DNA of 57,015 nucleotides from a virus. Its lineage: Duplodnaviria; Heunggongvirae; Uroviricota; Caudoviricetes. A program made the position numbers and the translations under genes. The notes beneath the pieces are model-generated. The model had not been told where the DNA came from, made no database searches, and saw only the letters and a list, made by a program, of their open reading frames with translations. Position 1 is the first letter of the stretch. Every line of letters begins with the position of its first letter. The DNA is taken from the IMG/VR virus record IMGVR_UViG_2522572023_000010. One strand, written 5' to 3'. Positions 8,434 through 19,852 of this stretch are shown piece by piece.

Positions 8434-9753
8434 TCATTCTCCTGTTCTGCCTGTATCACTGCCCACTTCATCCAGCCCCTTGACATCCTGCCACGGCCCG
8501 TCACCAAACCTGACCTGCAAATGCTGAAAAAAACCCTGAACCCGTGTGGCATCTTTGGGGTCAAGAAAGGTCAGTCCGGTGATGAGTGCGCCATCTGTAT
8601 CCGGGAACCAGCCATTGCTGTTTGTCTCAATAATGCTCGCCGGCCCCAGACGAAAACGGATTTGTGTCTCCCCCGGGTCGCCCTTCGGTCCCTGAGGTCC
8701 GGTTGCCCCCACCGGGCCAGCCGCACCTGTTTCTCCTTTCGGTCCCTGTGGGCCTGCCGGGCCTGCCGCACCGGTATCTCCCTTTGGACCCTGTGGACCT
8801 GCATTTCCCGTCAGACCGGTCTCTCCCCGCTCTCCCCTGTCACCTTTCGGCCCCTGCGGGCCTGCCGGACCAGCATCACCTGCCGGTCCCCGTTCGCCGG
8901 TTGCCCCGACAGGGCCGGTGTCACCGCGCTCTCCCTTATCACCCTTCGGCCCCTGAGGACCCGCGGGCCCCTGTTCCCCCTTTGGCCCGGGAGGTCCCAC
9001 CACGGTGGGGATTCGGTTTACGGCTTCTTCCGCCGCTATCCTGCTTTGTTCCGCTGACTGTGCGCTTTCTGCTGACTCCCGGGCTTTTTCTGTTGCGGTC
9101 GTTGCATCCCTGGCTGCATTACCGGCTGCACTTTCTGCCGTCTTTCTTGACAATTCAGCTTCTGCTGCACTTTGTGATGACTCACTGGCTTTTTGAGCGG
9201 CCGCAGAGGCCGAGGACGAGGACGCCTCCTCTGACTGCTTTGCAGCGGCTGCACTTTCTGCCGCCTGCCGGGCTGACTCCGATGCATCCCCTGCTGAAGT
9301 GTCAGCATTTGCAGCGCTCTCTTCTGCCTGACTGGCTGATATGCCGGCATTCCTCGCTGATGTCTCCGCCTCTCCGGCATTCTTCTTCGCCTCCTCAGCG
9401 TGACGCGCCGCTTCTTCCACCATCAGTTCAAAACGACGCAGTGCCTCCGGCCGGACGTCATCCTCCGACATGGCACCGAGAAAATCATTCAGCGTACCGG
9501 GTTGAGAATCTTCATACACGGTGATGGTCCCGGCATGTGACGGCGGGAATCCCTCCACCAACAGAATGACGCTGTACTGACCGTACTCAACGTCCATGCT
9601 GTAACGACCGGCTTCATCCGGATTTTCAGAGGCCACCGTGTTCACCACCACCGTGCTGCTGGTCCGTCTGGCTTTCAGTTGAATGGTGCAGTTCTCTACC
9701 GGTTTTCCTGTGCCGTCTTTCAGTACACCTGAAATCTTTACTGCCATATTCAC
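8434..9753 (-). CDS. tail fibre protein with collagen-like Gly-X-Y repeats
   Basis: 439 aa with over 30 consecutive G-X-Y triplets (GPPGPKGEQGPAGPQGPKGDKGERGDTGP...); position after lom as in lambda stf. Confidence 0.8.
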   Translation of the reverse strand: MNMAVKISGVLKDGTGKPVENCTIQLKARRTSSTVVVNTVASENPDEAGRYSMDVEYGQYSVILLVEGFPPSHAGTITVYEDSQPGTLNDFLGAMSEDDVRPEALRRFELMVEEAARHAEEAKKNAGEAETSARNAGISASQAEESAANADTSAGDASESARQAAESAAAAKQSEEASSSSASAAAQKASESSQSAAEAELSRKTAESAAGNAARDATTATEKARESAESAQSAEQSRIAAEEAVNRIPTVVGPPGPKGEQGPAGPQGPKGDKGERGDTGPVGATGERGPAGDAGPAGPQGPKGDRGERGETGLTGNAGPQGPKGDTGAAGPAGPQGPKGETGAAGPVGATGPQGPKGDPGETQIRFRLGPASIIETNSNGWFPDTDGALITGLTFLDPKDATRVQGFFQHLQVRFGDGPWQDVKGLDEVGSDTGRTGE

Positions 9754-9758
9754 CCCAC

Positions 9759-9784
9759 AAAAAAGCCCGCCTGAACCGGCGGGC
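9759..9784 (-). terminator. intrinsic terminator after lom
   Basis: Minus strand reads GCCCGCC-loop-GGCGGGC followed by TTTTTT. Confidence 0.6.
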
Positions 9785-9811
9785 TGTCATAACACTGTGT
9801 TACCTGGCTAA

Positions 9812-10411
9812 TCAGAATTTATAACCGACACCCACGATGAAACCGTCAGTGCGCCAGTCGCCACTGCCGGAGCCTTCATAAGCAATATCAATGGCCACGG
9901 ATTCGGTCGGGTTAAACTGCACGCCAGCTCCCCACGCCAGAGACGTGTTGCTGTGGCGACCGTCATCACTTCCGGTCAGCACATCGTGCGTTTTCCCCTT
10001 GTTGTCAGTTACGCGGAGATAATCCCCGGAGAAAGTCGACACACGGCTGTAAGCCACACCCGCCATCGCATACGCGCTGAACCATTCATTCACGCGCACA
10101 GACGGCCCCGCCATTACGCTGAACCAGCGGTTACGAACGGAATCTTCATGCCAGCGGGTATCGCTGTAACGGGTAAGCTGGCGATTCTTGTCTCCTGCAT
10201 AGCTGAATGACGTCACCATCCCCAGTGTGTCCGTAAACTCATAACGGTATTTCACGTTAATCCCGTTCAGATCATCGCTGCCGGGAACGTTCGTCGAGGC
10301 ATGAAGATACCCCGCGCTCAGCGTGGACTGATGTTCAGACGCCCATGCAGGCGCACCGGATACGGCCAGACAAATGGCTGCGGACAAAATGGCGGCATAA
10401 AGTTTACGCAT
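9812..10411 (-). CDS. lom: Lom/Ail-family outer membrane protein
   Basis: 199 aa with signal peptide and beta-barrel pattern ending [10 protein letters not shown]; position between J and tail fibre as in lambda. Confidence 0.9.
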   Translation of the reverse strand: MRKLYAAILSAAICLAVSGAPAWASEHQSTLSAGYLHASTNVPGSDDLNGINVKYRYEFTDTLGMVTSFSYAGDKNRQLTRYSDTRWHEDSVRNRWFSVMAGPSVRVNEWFSAYAMAGVAYSRVSTFSGDYLRVTDNKGKTHDVLTGSDDGRHSNTSLAWGAGVQFNPTESVAIDIAYEGSGSGDWRTDGFIVGVGYKF

Positions 10412-10434
10412 AATTACCTCTCGCTTTTCTGCAA

Positions 10435-10459
10435 TAAAAAAGGCGTCATTTCTGACGCC
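10435..10459 (-). terminator. intrinsic terminator after J
   Basis: Minus strand reads GGCGTCA-loop-TGACGCC followed by a T-run. Confidence 0.55.
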
Positions 10460-10477
10460 CGTTCTGGGTTATAAAAT

Positions 10478-13400
10478 TCAGCTGATACTGATACCTGCTG
10501 TGGATTTTTTCATCACCACAACCAGCAGATCGCTGATACTGGTTGTTGGTGTCCAGTTATTCGCTCCTGATGAAGATACGGTGAATGTCAGTGTCAGCGT
10601 CCCCTGTCCGGCAGGCATATCTATAACTGAGGAAAATACGCCCTGAGCATCCGTCGTGGACTGATTAAAAATCTCCTGACCATTGCGGGTCACTCTTAAC
10701 CGGCAGGTTGAATACCAGTATGACTGTTGGTTATTACTGTTGAAATTCTCATGCTTACCACCGCGGAATAACACTGGCGGTATCATGACCTGCCGGTCAA
10801 ACTTCTGATCATCACTGATTCTTACCGTGATGGTGCCACTGGCATAAGTGCTCGTGCGGGGGAAAGACTTGCTGACCGTTTTGACAATATCGCCTTCAAT
10901 CTGGTTGGCTGACAGTTTCCCCTTAATCTGACAGTTCTCATTAATCGTGACGTTGTTGAGCGTCCCTGAGTTCGCATTCACACTGCCACTGATATCCGCA
11001 TTTTTCGCCGTCAGTCGCCCGTCCGGCGTCAGGGAAAACGTCGGGGGGTTGCCGGATGACGTGATACTCACCGCAAACAGTCGTTTCAGGAACACGTCGT
11101 TCATGAACAGCTGATTCCCCTGCGCCACAAATAACGGCGTGCTGTTGCCGCTCTCCGGATTTATCATCGCGATACGGTCAGCCAGCAGCAGTATGTTGCT
11201 CAGTGGCTGGCCATCAGTATCCTCAATCCCTGCACCAATCCCGGCCACATAGGGAATGCCGTCTTTCGTTTTTTGAACCTTCAGCATGTACAGCGCAGCC
11301 AGGTCATCATTTGTGTCCTTCTGCACGCGCTGTATCTGCTGTATGGTGGCGCTCTGGTTCTCCAGCGTTTTACTGACCGTCTGTGTGATTTCATTGCGGG
11401 TTTCCGTGATGGTGGTCTTCATCTCCGCCATCTCATCCGCAAGCTGGCTGTTGTCTATCAGCTCCCACAGCCCCTGAGCCAGATGCAGTTTTCCTATTTT
11501 TTCCCGAAACAGCCCCAGATACCCTTCTGCATCATTGCTGGCCCGGCCACTGGCTTCCACAAAAGCAGATTTCCCCACCAGGTTGACGCTGCGCACGTAA
11601 AACCAGAAATCCTTCCCGGGCTTAATGTGCGGGCCGGATACACTCCACTGACTGCCGGTCCCCAGATAACGGGCAGAGGTTTCCACCTGAGATGTGTCTG
11701 CAATTTTTGTCTCCGAAAACCAGAACTCAAACTGTACCGTCGGGTCATACACCGCAAGACGCGGGACCGCTGTTATCTGAAAATAGCCCGGTGTCAGCTC
11801 AATCGTGGCGGGTACCGCAGGTGCATTAATCCTGAACGTGGTGGTGGCCGGTTCCCCCTGCTGGCCATAACTGTTAATCGCCCTGACTGTCAGGGTGTAT
11901 TCCCCGAGCGGCAGACCACTGAAACGATGCTCTGTATCCGCAGTGATGGCGGTGGTCACCAGACGGCTGTCTTCTCCGCTTCCGCTGGTCAGGCGCAGAC
12001 TGAAGCGCACACCCTTCACCACCCGCGGCGTGTCCCATTTCGCCTGTGCCAGATACTGACCGTCAGCCGCGCTCACCTCCACCGTCAGGTGCTGCACTGC
12101 CGGTGGAATAACGCTGTTCAGGGTGCCGCTCTGGTCGCCGTCAAAGTGCGCCCCGTTATCCACGATGGCTTCTTTTTCCGGTACGTGCTGCACCGCCGTG
12201 ATGGCAAAGGTGCCGTCCGTGTTTTCCCGGATGGAGACACAGCGGAACAGGCGACGACGCAGTGACGGCAGGGAGAGTCCCCATACACCGTATGTCTCCA
12301 CACCATCAGGCAGGGTGCTGACCTGTATCCGGTCCGGCGCGGGGTGTGCAGTGATGGCCACGCTCACCGGCTTACCGCTGCCGTTAATCAGGTTCACCGT
12401 GGCGGCACCTGTCTCCGGCAGGGTCACCTCACGGTCCAGTGTCAGGGTGCGGCTGGCGGCATCGATGGACAGGATACGTCCGCCGGTCATGGTCCCGGCA
12501 TAGTCGTTATCACAGATTTCAATAATGTCACCGGGTGTGTGACGCAGCCCCTGTGACCCGAGCGTGAAATCCACCGTCTGCGTTTCCAGCAGTCCGGTCT
12601 TTATCACCCACAGCCCGGCACGGTGGGCCTGACCGCGACTGGTGCAGCCGAACGCATCCATCTTCAGCAGGTTGCGCCCGTAGCGCAGTATGGCTTCCGG
12701 GTCTTCCACCAGTTCCGTGGAGGTCTGCCAGCCGTTCTGCGGGTCGGTGTAATTCACCTCCACCGCCGTGTGGCGGTCCTTCAGGGCGCTGAAGCTGTAG
12801 CGAAACCCCACGCCGTTATCATCCACCACCACATCGCTGTTGGTGTACGGCCACACCACATCCGACGGGCGGTCCTGAACGAACGTCAGCGTCTGGCCGT
12901 TCCATACCGGCATACAGCGCATCGCCGAGCAGAAATCACTGAGCACGTCCCACGCCTTACGCTGTTGTGACAGGTACGCATTAAAGGTCATCCGCGGCTC
13001 TGTCCCTCCGAAGCCGTCCGGGACACGCTGGTCACAGTACTGCCCGATGGCATACAGCGCCCATTTGTCCACATCCGCCGCCCCCAGACGTTTTCCCATG
13101 CCGTAGCGCGGGTGAGTCAGCATGTCCCACAGGCACCAGGCCGGGTTGTTGCTGTATGCCGGTTTCAGGCTGCCGTCCCAGATGCCGCTGTACGTGCGTT
13201 TTTCCGGGTCATAGTTTGACGGCACCTGAATGATGCGACCGCGGATATGGTAGTTCACCGTCATCTGCTGACCGCCAAACTGCTCCGCATCCACCTGCAG
13301 CCCCACAATCGCCGTGTTCGGGTAGCACTGTTTCACATCGATGATTTCGGTGTATGACGACCAGAGCGTCTTATTCTGCAGCTGGTCCGTGGTGCTGTCC

Positions 13401-13957
13401 GCCGTCTCCCTGACCATCCGGATGTTAAAGGGCCGGGGAGGCAGATTATCCAGAATCACCGACGCCAGGAACTGTGAGGTGGTCTTGCCGTTAATGGTGA
13501 CATCCTTTTCCGTCACCCAGTTACCGTTACGCTGCAACTGAATCAGCAGTCGGACAGAAGAGGGATTACGGTCGCCCTTTGAGGTGGTCTCCAACAGTGA
13601 CTGCACCCCGAAGGTGACCCGCAGGCGGTCAATGTTCGCGGACGTAATGGTGCGCGTCACCGGCTTTGCCTTCGTCACTTCCACGCCCAGTGCGGTTTCA
13701 GCTCCGGAGGACTCAAAGCCTTCCGGTGGTGTCTGCTCCTGCTCCCCGGCGCGCCAGACCGCTGTCACACCATGTATCACAGGATTACCGTCCGTGTCCG
13801 TCAGCGGGGTTTTGTTCACCAGGATACTCTGCAGCCCCTTCACCGGACCTTCAATCGGCCCTTCACCAATGGCATCAATCACGCTCATCATCTGCGTGGA
13901 CTTAAGATTGTCCTTTGCCTCTACCGGCGTGTGCGCCTTGCCGCCACCTTTGCCCAT
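10478..13957 (-). CDS. J: tail tip host-specificity protein J
   Basis: Near-collinear match to lambda gpJ ([22 protein letters not shown]...); start set at the internal ATG with lambda-like N-terminus. Confidence 0.93.
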   Translation of the reverse strand: MGKGGGKAHTPVEAKDNLKSTQMMSVIDAIGEGPIEGPVKGLQSILVNKTPLTDTDGNPVIHGVTAVWRAGEQEQTPPEGFESSGAETALGVEVTKAKPVTRTITSANIDRLRVTFGVQSLLETTSKGDRNPSSVRLLIQLQRNGNWVTEKDVTINGKTTSQFLASVILDNLPPRPFNIRMVRETADSTTDQLQNKTLWSSYTEIIDVKQCYPNTAIVGLQVDAEQFGGQQMTVNYHIRGRIIQVPSNYDPEKRTYSGIWDGSLKPAYSNNPAWCLWDMLTHPRYGMGKRLGAADVDKWALYAIGQYCDQRVPDGFGGTEPRMTFNAYLSQQRKAWDVLSDFCSAMRCMPVWNGQTLTFVQDRPSDVVWPYTNSDVVVDDNGVGFRYSFSALKDRHTAVEVNYTDPQNGWQTSTELVEDPEAILRYGRNLLKMDAFGCTSRGQAHRAGLWVIKTGLLETQTVDFTLGSQGLRHTPGDIIEICDNDYAGTMTGGRILSIDAASRTLTLDREVTLPETGAATVNLINGSGKPVSVAITAHPAPDRIQVSTLPDGVETYGVWGLSLPSLRRRLFRCVSIRENTDGTFAITAVQHVPEKEAIVDNGAHFDGDQSGTLNSVIPPAVQHLTVEVSAADGQYLAQAKWDTPRVVKGVRFSLRLTSGSGEDSRLVTTAITADTEHRFSGLPLGEYTLTVRAINSYGQQGEPATTTFRINAPAVPATIELTPGYFQITAVPRLAVYDPTVQFEFWFSETKIADTSQVETSARYLGTGSQWSVSGPHIKPGKDFWFYVRSVNLVGKSAFVEASGRASNDAEGYLGLFREKIGKLHLAQGLWELIDNSQLADEMAEMKTTITETRNEITQTVSKTLENQSATIQQIQRVQKDTNDDLAALYMLKVQKTKDGIPYVAGIGAGIEDTDGQPLSNILLLADRIAMINPESGNSTPLFVAQGNQLFMNDVFLKRLFAVSITSSGNPPTFSLTPDGRLTAKNADISGSVNANSGTLNNVTINENCQIKGKLSANQIEGDIVKTVSKSFPRTSTYASGTITVRISDDQKFDRQVMIPPVLFRGGKHENFNSNNQQSYWYSTCRLRVTRNGQEIFNQSTTDAQGVFSSVIDMPAGQGTLTLTFTVSSSGANNWTPTTSISDLLVVVMKKSTAGISIS

Positions 13958-14194
13958 TGTCTCACCCTTTACTGTGATAACTGTTACGCACAAAAACAAC
14001 AGGCATCCCGGAGGATGCCTGTATCATGACTGAATAAAACTTCTGAATATCTTCACATTTTCACAAACTGACTGTGGCGCTTATAATTTCGCTGCGTTAG
14101 TGTTTTTTTGCCCGAGTAACAAAAACAACTCCTTAACTCTAATCTTTGTCTGTCCCCGCAGCTCCGCGATCACTGCGGGATTTTTTTATTCTTT

Positions 14195-14875
14195 TTACCC
14201 CTGCCGCCCGATAACCACGACCTTTCCGCCCCCGCCTTCATCACGGGTACTGATGTCCTGGGATATACGGCGGGAGCCAACCAGCATTTCCCCGTAAGGC
14301 ACCGGCATCGGGTTACCCTGGGCAATCATGTTGTCCAGCGACGAAAAGTACGTGTTCTGTTTACCGTTATCCGTTGCCCTGTATTCCGGTGTTTTTGGCT
14401 TCGGGGCCAGCATCTGTGCCACACCACCCAGTATCATGCTGGCACCCAGTGAAAACAGCATCGTGGTGGCAGAAAAACCACCGGCTGCCAGGGCTGAACC
14501 CCATAACGCCATCGATGCCCCGGCAGTGAAGAAAGAGCCCACGATGGCTGCCGCCCCCAGCACAATCTGCAGTCCACCCTTTCCGGCCCCGGCCAGTCGC
14601 GGCACAATGTGGATGACCGTTCCCTCACCCAGCTGTTCGTGAAGACGGGCGTACACCGCCTCCGGTGCCGTGTCATCACCGGCAATACGTATCTGGTACC
14701 AGCCTTCGTTCATCTGACGGCGGAATCCGGGCACCTGTAACGACAGCGCCCGGATGGCTTCCGCTGCCGTGTTCACATACAGGCTGAGGCGGCGGCCAAA
14801 TCGTTGTAAATCCCCGTGAAGGCAGATGCGTGCCAGTGGCGGTGACGCCAGACAGAATGCGTTCGTCGTTGCCAT
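14195..14875 (-). CDS. I: tail assembly protein I
   Basis: MATTNAFCLASPPLARICLHGDLQRFGRR... matches lambda gpI. Confidence 0.9.
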   Translation of the reverse strand: MATTNAFCLASPPLARICLHGDLQRFGRRLSLYVNTAAEAIRALSLQVPGFRRQMNEGWYQIRIAGDDTAPEAVYARLHEQLGEGTVIHIVPRLAGAGKGGLQIVLGAAAIVGSFFTAGASMALWGSALAAGGFSATTMLFSLGASMILGGVAQMLAPKPKTPEYRATDNGKQNTYFSSLDNMIAQGNPMPVPYGEMLVGSRRISQDISTRDEGGGGKVVVIGRQG

Positions 14876-15516
14876 TTTTCGGAATACCTCTCCCGTTTAC
14901 TCAGTTGTTCAGGCAGATGGTGAAGCAGTTCACCGTTGCCGCAGTAAATGGCGGCATGATTGGCCACCGATGCGCCAAAGCAGCACAGCAGGATATCGCC
15001 AGGCTGTGCGGAAGGCAGGGAAATCCTGTAAAAACCAGTCGCCTCCATATTGTCCAGGTACAGGTTCTGACCGTTGCGCCACCAGTCATCCTCACGCTCA
15101 AAATCCGGCATATCAATTCCCGCCAGATGGTAGGCATCCCGGAACAGCGTGTAACAGTCCGTCACCCCGTGCTCAAAGCGCCGTCCTGTCAGATGTGGCA
15201 CACAGCGGAATTTGTGAATGTCACCCCGGCAGACCAGCCACCAGGGCAGTGCGCTTTTTATCTGCAGCCGCCGGTCAGCCTCGCTCAGCCAGGGCAGACC
15301 ACCGGGATGACTGTGGACCAGTGCCACAATCTCCCCCTGCATCTCTGCCCGCAGCCAGTCTTCCGGTGCGATACGAAAATACGCCTCCGGCTCTGCAGAA
15401 ATATTCACACAAGGGATATACCACTCCCCCTCCGGCGTGCTTATCACGAAGCCGCACGACTCCGCAGGCGCACACCGCCGGGCATGCGCCAGAATCGCTG
15501 ATTCAGTCTGTGTCAT
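14773..15516 (-). CDS. K: tail assembly protein K (NlpC/P60 plus JAB/MPN domains)
   Basis: MTQTESAILAHARRCAPAESCGFVISTPEGEWYIPC... HSHP motif; start at ATG 15516; overlaps I as in lambda. Confidence 0.88.
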   Translation of the reverse strand: MTQTESAILAHARRCAPAESCGFVISTPEGEWYIPCVNISAEPEAYFRIAPEDWLRAEMQGEIVALVHSHPGGLPWLSEADRRLQIKSALPWWLVCRGDIHKFRCVPHLTGRRFEHGVTDCYTLFRDAYHLAGIDMPDFEREDDWWRNGQNLYLDNMEATGFYRISLPSAQPGDILLCCFGASVANHAAIYCGNGELLHHLPEQLSKRERYSEKWQRRTHSVWRHRHWHASAFTGIYNDLAAASACM

Positions 15517-15526
15517 AAACCGGGAT

Positions 15527-16225
15527 TTACTGCGAAAGTTTATTAATGGAAAGGAAACCGCCAAAATTAGCCACCATGCCGCGCATCTCACACCCGCGCA
15601 TGCACTTGCTGCATCTGTCCTTACGGATATCCGTGGTGGGGTTGTCGAACTCATCCGCCACCGCAGGACCGTTATACCCGCATTCATCTCCCCGGTAATC
15701 CCACATACAGGTGTTCGCCAGCATGATGCGACCGGGAAACAGCGCTCCGTCCGTCTCCGTCGGTGTTGCCAGCACAAACGAGGCTGTCATGGCCGTCAGC
15801 TCTGACATCTGCTCCACCACCCAGCGGTCTCTCAGCTCCTGCTCCGGGTCCGCTTCCGGATTGCCCGCCACAAAATTCACCGCATCCAGAAAACGGGCAT
15901 ACACCCGGCGGCGGACCACCGTGGCCCCCACCAGGCTCTGCAGGTCCTCCGCCATTCCGGTGACCAGACCGAACAGATTGGACACCGTCAGCGACGGGCG
16001 GGCACTGCTGCCCTTCCCGTTCATCTCAAAGCCGCTGCCGTCAATCGGGTATGCCTGATATTCCCGCCCCTGCCAGGTAACCGCCTCCCCTTTTTCATTC
16101 AGCTCATTGCAGAAAAAATACCGCTCACCACCCTGCACCGTCAGGTCGATTTCCCAGAGTACCACCCGCGGTGACTGCTCTGATTTAACCGACTCGTTCA
16201 GGCTTTCTTCATGAATATTCTGCAT
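15527..16225 (-). CDS. L: minor tail protein L
   Basis: 232 aa with C-terminal Cys cluster CSKCMRGCEMRG; lambda gpL order. Confidence 0.88.
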   Translation of the reverse strand: MQNIHEESLNESVKSEQSPRVVLWEIDLTVQGGERYFFCNELNEKGEAVTWQGREYQAYPIDGSGFEMNGKGSSARPSLTVSNLFGLVTGMAEDLQSLVGATVVRRRVYARFLDAVNFVAGNPEADPEQELRDRWVVEQMSELTAMTASFVLATPTETDGALFPGRIMLANTCMWDYRGDECGYNGPAVADEFDNPTTDIRKDRCSKCMRGCEMRGMVANFGGFLSINKLSQ

Positions 16226-16566
16226 CAGTTCACCACCTGCTCAATCGTACAGCTGAAATCACTGTACCGGGCGTTATCCGTGACGCTCCACTCCCGGCAC
16301 ACCACCCTCACCGTCCGGTTATGTTTCGGCGGTCGCCACAAAAAGGCACGGTAACCACCATGCCAGGATAAAAATTCATCCAGCCAGCGCCGGGTTGACT
16401 CATCCGTCACCCGGAACACCGCCTGAAACGTCTTCAGTTGAGGATTCAGCCCTGTGGGGCGGCGCTGTTCATAACCGTCACCAAACCGCACCCTCACCAC
16501 CGACGGCTTCTCACTCACCTGCATCCCTTCACGCGGGACCAGATGCAGCGTTTTTATCTCAGCCAC
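16225..16566 (-). CDS. M: minor tail protein M
   Basis: 113 aa; synteny between H and L. Confidence 0.85.
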   Translation of the reverse strand: MAEIKTLHLVPREGMQVSEKPSVVRVRFGDGYEQRRPTGLNPQLKTFQAVFRVTDESTRRWLDEFLSWHGGYRAFLWRPPKHNRTVRVVCREWSVTDNARYSDFSCTIEQVVN

Positions 16567-19500
16567 TCAGCATTCCTCCGTCACGTCGCATGGACAGCAT
16601 CACCGCCTGCACCCGCTGGTCAATCAGCTGCACAAGGCTGCCCGCAGCTTCCGGCCCTATCTGTCCGTTAGCCCCGTCATTCTGAATGGCGATGTGGTAG
16701 ACCGGGGAATACACCAGACCAGCACTGCCGTTCATACTGCCCACCGCGCGTACGCCCAGCGAGCCATCCGCCGCCCGGGTCAGGGGCATAATGGCTTCAG
16801 GTCCGGCTTCCCCCATCAGCCCGGCCCCTTTTGCAAACGCAAAGTACGTGGGCGTGTCCACAATGCTGTTGCTGTACGCGCTCAGGTTTGCCGAGGTATA
16901 CACGCCGCCTTTTGCATTGGCCACCGCACCGCCCAGCCAGTCACCAATGCTGCCGAGAAATCCTCCTGCACCGGACATACTGTTTGCCGCCGTCTTGATC
17001 CCGTTGACAATCGCGGCATTCATAAGAACTTTTGATATTTCCTGCAGCACTGATGAGGCCCAGCTGCGCCATTCCACTTTATTTCCGTTCAGCATCTCCG
17101 TGATGTTATTCACCATCCCTGAGATACCCTCCGTCGCAAGCTGTGCTGCCTGTGAGGCGTAATCGGACGCATTATCCACCCAGTTACTGAATCCCTCCTG
17201 CAGCCCTTTCTGCCAGTCCGCACGCTGCGCATCCGATTCGGCATAAAAAGTTTCCTGGTCTTTAAGGCGTTCACTCAGATACTGCGCGTTCTGTGCCAGA
17301 GCCTGTCTGTAAAAATCCTCACTGATATCCCCGCTCTGATACTGAGACTGAAGGTCCGCATCCTTCTGGCGGAAGCTGTCGCGGATCTGCTGCAACTCCC
17401 GCATGCGTTCTCTGGCTCGCTCCCCCTGCCCGTACCCCAGCAGTTCAGCATCATTCGACGCACGCGCAGCCGCATTCTCATTCTTCAGTGTCTCTTCCCG
17501 GGATCGCAACTGTTCCCGGATTTTTTGCTGGTCAATCAGGGTCGCGTTACGCAGCAGTTCCTGCTTCTGCATCTCCGTCAGGGTTTTCAGTTCACCCAGC
17601 GCTGTCTGGTATTTCAGCTTCGCCAGCTCTGTATTCTGCCCCACCAGTGCCAGTTGCTCTTTCTGCTGCTTCAGCAGCCGGGAAAAACTGTCTTCCGCTT
17701 TTTCCGTCTCTGATTTTCCACCCCGGGATTTGGGTTTATTCGCCTCGTTATTGCGCCAGGCTTCCAGGGCATTACTGATATAACGTTGTCTCGCCTCCTG
17801 ATACGGATCACCCACAAAACCGAGGTCATCCGCCGCATACCCCAGTCGGACACGCTCTTTTTCTTCCCCTTTCAGTCTGGACAGGGCCAGCTCACGCTCT
17901 GTTTTTGTCAGGGCACTCTGCTGTTTATCATCCAGGGTGGCCTGCGGCAGCCGTAACGGTACATTCACCAGTCCCTGACGCTGCTGAAGCAGTTCATTCC
18001 CCAGCCCCAGCAGACGGTTGAATTCCGTATGCTGACCGTTCATAACCAGCATGGACTGGTACACCTTATTCTGCTCTGCCGCCTGCTGACGAATTAACGC
18101 CACACGACGGTCTTCCAGCCCGGCAAGCACATCCTGAATGGACTGCGCTTTTTCCTGCATCTGTGCCAGACGGGACTGCTCAACGGCAAGCTGCTCTGTT
18201 GCCTGAGAAAGCCCTTCCGTTACGGTCTTCACCGATGTCAGATGGTTTATCATGAATCCGTCACCGGTCGTCCAGCCCGGGTTCGCCAGAACATACTGAT
18301 ATCCTGCGATTTTTTCCTGCAGGGATTTCACCCGACTGGCCTGTTCATCAATCAGCCGGTTCTGCTCTGTCAGCGCCGCCCGTGTTCGTCCTTCATTATC
18401 TGAGGCTTCAGGCAAAGACATTGACGGCGTTTTATGCGCGATTTCATCTATCGTCAGTGCATACTGGCGCGCAGACTCCCTGGCCTGCTCCTGATTCTGG
18501 TACAGCGTGTACCATGCTGCAGCCCCCAGCATCACCAGTCCGGGTACGCCACCAACCAGCCCCAGCGCACCGCTCATCAGACGTGAGCCCACCGCCGTTG
18601 TACTGTTCAGCGCATTCTGGGCGGCGCTTCTGGCAGCAATATTTCTGTTCAGGCGTTCCTGTGTGGCCGCCAGACGGGCCTCTGCAGCAATCTGCATCTC
18701 CGTCCCGCGGGCTGCCGCCACGGCCTGCTGAGCACGGTACACGGCTGCCCTTGCCCGCGCCGTGGCAATCTGCGTTCCCCTGAACTGTGCTTCCGCCAGT
18801 GCAACTTCATTACGTGCAGCCGTCACAAGTCCTGCCGTGGCAGACATCGCTCCGGAAGCCATATTGCCAAAGTACCGGGCAACCCCGACGGCAACCAGCG
18901 CGCCCACGGCTGTTGCCACATTATCAATCTGTCCGGCAACACCGTTCAGCATGCCGGAGAGCGTTTTTGTCACCCCGCTGGCCTCATTCGCACCGCCCAC
19001 CCAGGCCATAAAGGCGTTTTCCACCTTCGTGATACTACTGGAAACCGTTTCCGGCATGGCCGCATATTCATCACGTAATATCCCCAGCTGGCTGATTAAC
19101 GCGGGGACCACTTTATCCGCTGTCAGTTTTCCGTCATCCGCCATTGCCTTCAGATCTTTACGGGCCACGCCCATACCCGCAGCCAGTGCACGTACGATCC
19201 GGTCACCACTTTCATTGACCGAATTAAACTCCTCACCACGCAATACACCCTGCGCCAGCGCCTGACTGAACTGGGTGATCACCGAGCCCGCCTCTGCCGT
19301 ACTGGCACCGGAGATTTTCAGCCCTGTCGAAATGGCCTCCGTCACCTTCAGCACATCATCAGCACTGTAACCATATTCACGCATCGAGGCAGCCGAACGG
19401 GCAAACAGGGCCGCATTATCCGAAAATGCGGTGCCTGTCCGCTGGCTGATATCCATCAGCACTTTCTGTGATGACGCAAATTCATCCGATGACTGCGACG

Positions 19501-19801
19501 CCTGTTTCAGACGGGCATTCACGGAGCTCCATTCATCCGCCAGCGAAATCAGGTGTCCGGTGGCAAAGGCACCGGCAAACGCACCGGTCATTCCGACAGC
19601 CGAAGCGCGGATTTCCGTCAACTGGCTGTGCAGCTCAGCCAGAGCCCGGCGCTGCTCCCTGGCTGCCGCAGCAGCCTGACGTCCGCCATTCTGCAGGGTC
19701 CGGTAATATTCACTGCCCATACGGGACGCCCGCTGGATCTCCGACTGGAATGACTGTGAATTTGCCGAAATTTTGATAATCAGTTCACGTAACGTCGCCA
19801 T
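16559..19801 (-). CDS. H: tail tape measure protein
   Basis: 1080 aa, Ala/Gln-rich coiled coil with Gly-rich C-terminal region; position after the G/T chaperones. Confidence 0.9.
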   Translation of the reverse strand: MATLRELIIKISANSQSFQSEIQRASRMGSEYYRTLQNGGRQAAAAAREQRRALAELHSQLTEIRASAVGMTGAFAGAFATGHLISLADEWSSVNARLKQASQSSDEFASSQKVLMDISQRTGTAFSDNAALFARSAASMREYGYSADDVLKVTEAISTGLKISGASTAEAGSVITQFSQALAQGVLRGEEFNSVNESGDRIVRALAAGMGVARKDLKAMADDGKLTADKVVPALISQLGILRDEYAAMPETVSSSITKVENAFMAWVGGANEASGVTKTLSGMLNGVAGQIDNVATAVGALVAVGVARYFGNMASGAMSATAGLVTAARNEVALAEAQFRGTQIATARARAAVYRAQQAVAAARGTEMQIAAEARLAATQERLNRNIAARSAAQNALNSTTAVGSRLMSGALGLVGGVPGLVMLGAAAWYTLYQNQEQARESARQYALTIDEIAHKTPSMSLPEASDNEGRTRAALTEQNRLIDEQASRVKSLQEKIAGYQYVLANPGWTTGDGFMINHLTSVKTVTEGLSQATEQLAVEQSRLAQMQEKAQSIQDVLAGLEDRRVALIRQQAAEQNKVYQSMLVMNGQHTEFNRLLGLGNELLQQRQGLVNVPLRLPQATLDDKQQSALTKTERELALSRLKGEEKERVRLGYAADDLGFVGDPYQEARQRYISNALEAWRNNEANKPKSRGGKSETEKAEDSFSRLLKQQKEQLALVGQNTELAKLKYQTALGELKTLTEMQKQELLRNATLIDQQKIREQLRSREETLKNENAAARASNDAELLGYGQGERARERMRELQQIRDSFRQKDADLQSQYQSGDISEDFYRQALAQNAQYLSERLKDQETFYAESDAQRADWQKGLQEGFSNWVDNASDYASQAAQLATEGISGMVNNITEMLNGNKVEWRSWASSVLQEISKVLMNAAIVNGIKTAANSMSGAGGFLGSIGDWLGGAVANAKGGVYTSANLSAYSNSIVDTPTYFAFAKGAGLMGEAGPEAIMPLTRAADGSLGVRAVGSMNGSAGLVYSPVYHIAIQNDGANGQIGPEAAGSLVQLIDQRVQAVMLSMRRDGGMLSG

Positions 19802-19852
19802 TCACCTTTCTCCGGGCAAAAAAAACCTGCCACAGCAGGTTTTCATCATTAT

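Noticed and set aside
8272-9524. 261-aa and 286-aa + strand ORFs antisense to the tail fibre
   Set aside because: Pro/Arg-rich translations produced by reading the collagen-like GXY repeat DNA on the opposite strand; no independent start signals.
11273-12265. 330-aa + strand ORF (and several shorter ones) inside the J gene region
   Set aside because: Antisense to a near-collinear lambda gpJ homologue; Arg/His/Pro-rich low-complexity translation typical of spurious ORFs in GC-rich coding DNA.
14826-15518. 230-aa and 223-aa + strand ORFs overlapping tail genes K and I
   Set aside because: Antisense to well-supported lambda-like tail assembly genes; low-complexity products.
16694-19776. Multiple + strand ORFs (60-170 aa) within the tape measure gene
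   Set aside because: All antisense to the 1080-aa tape measure ORF; Ala/Ser/Pro-rich artefacts.
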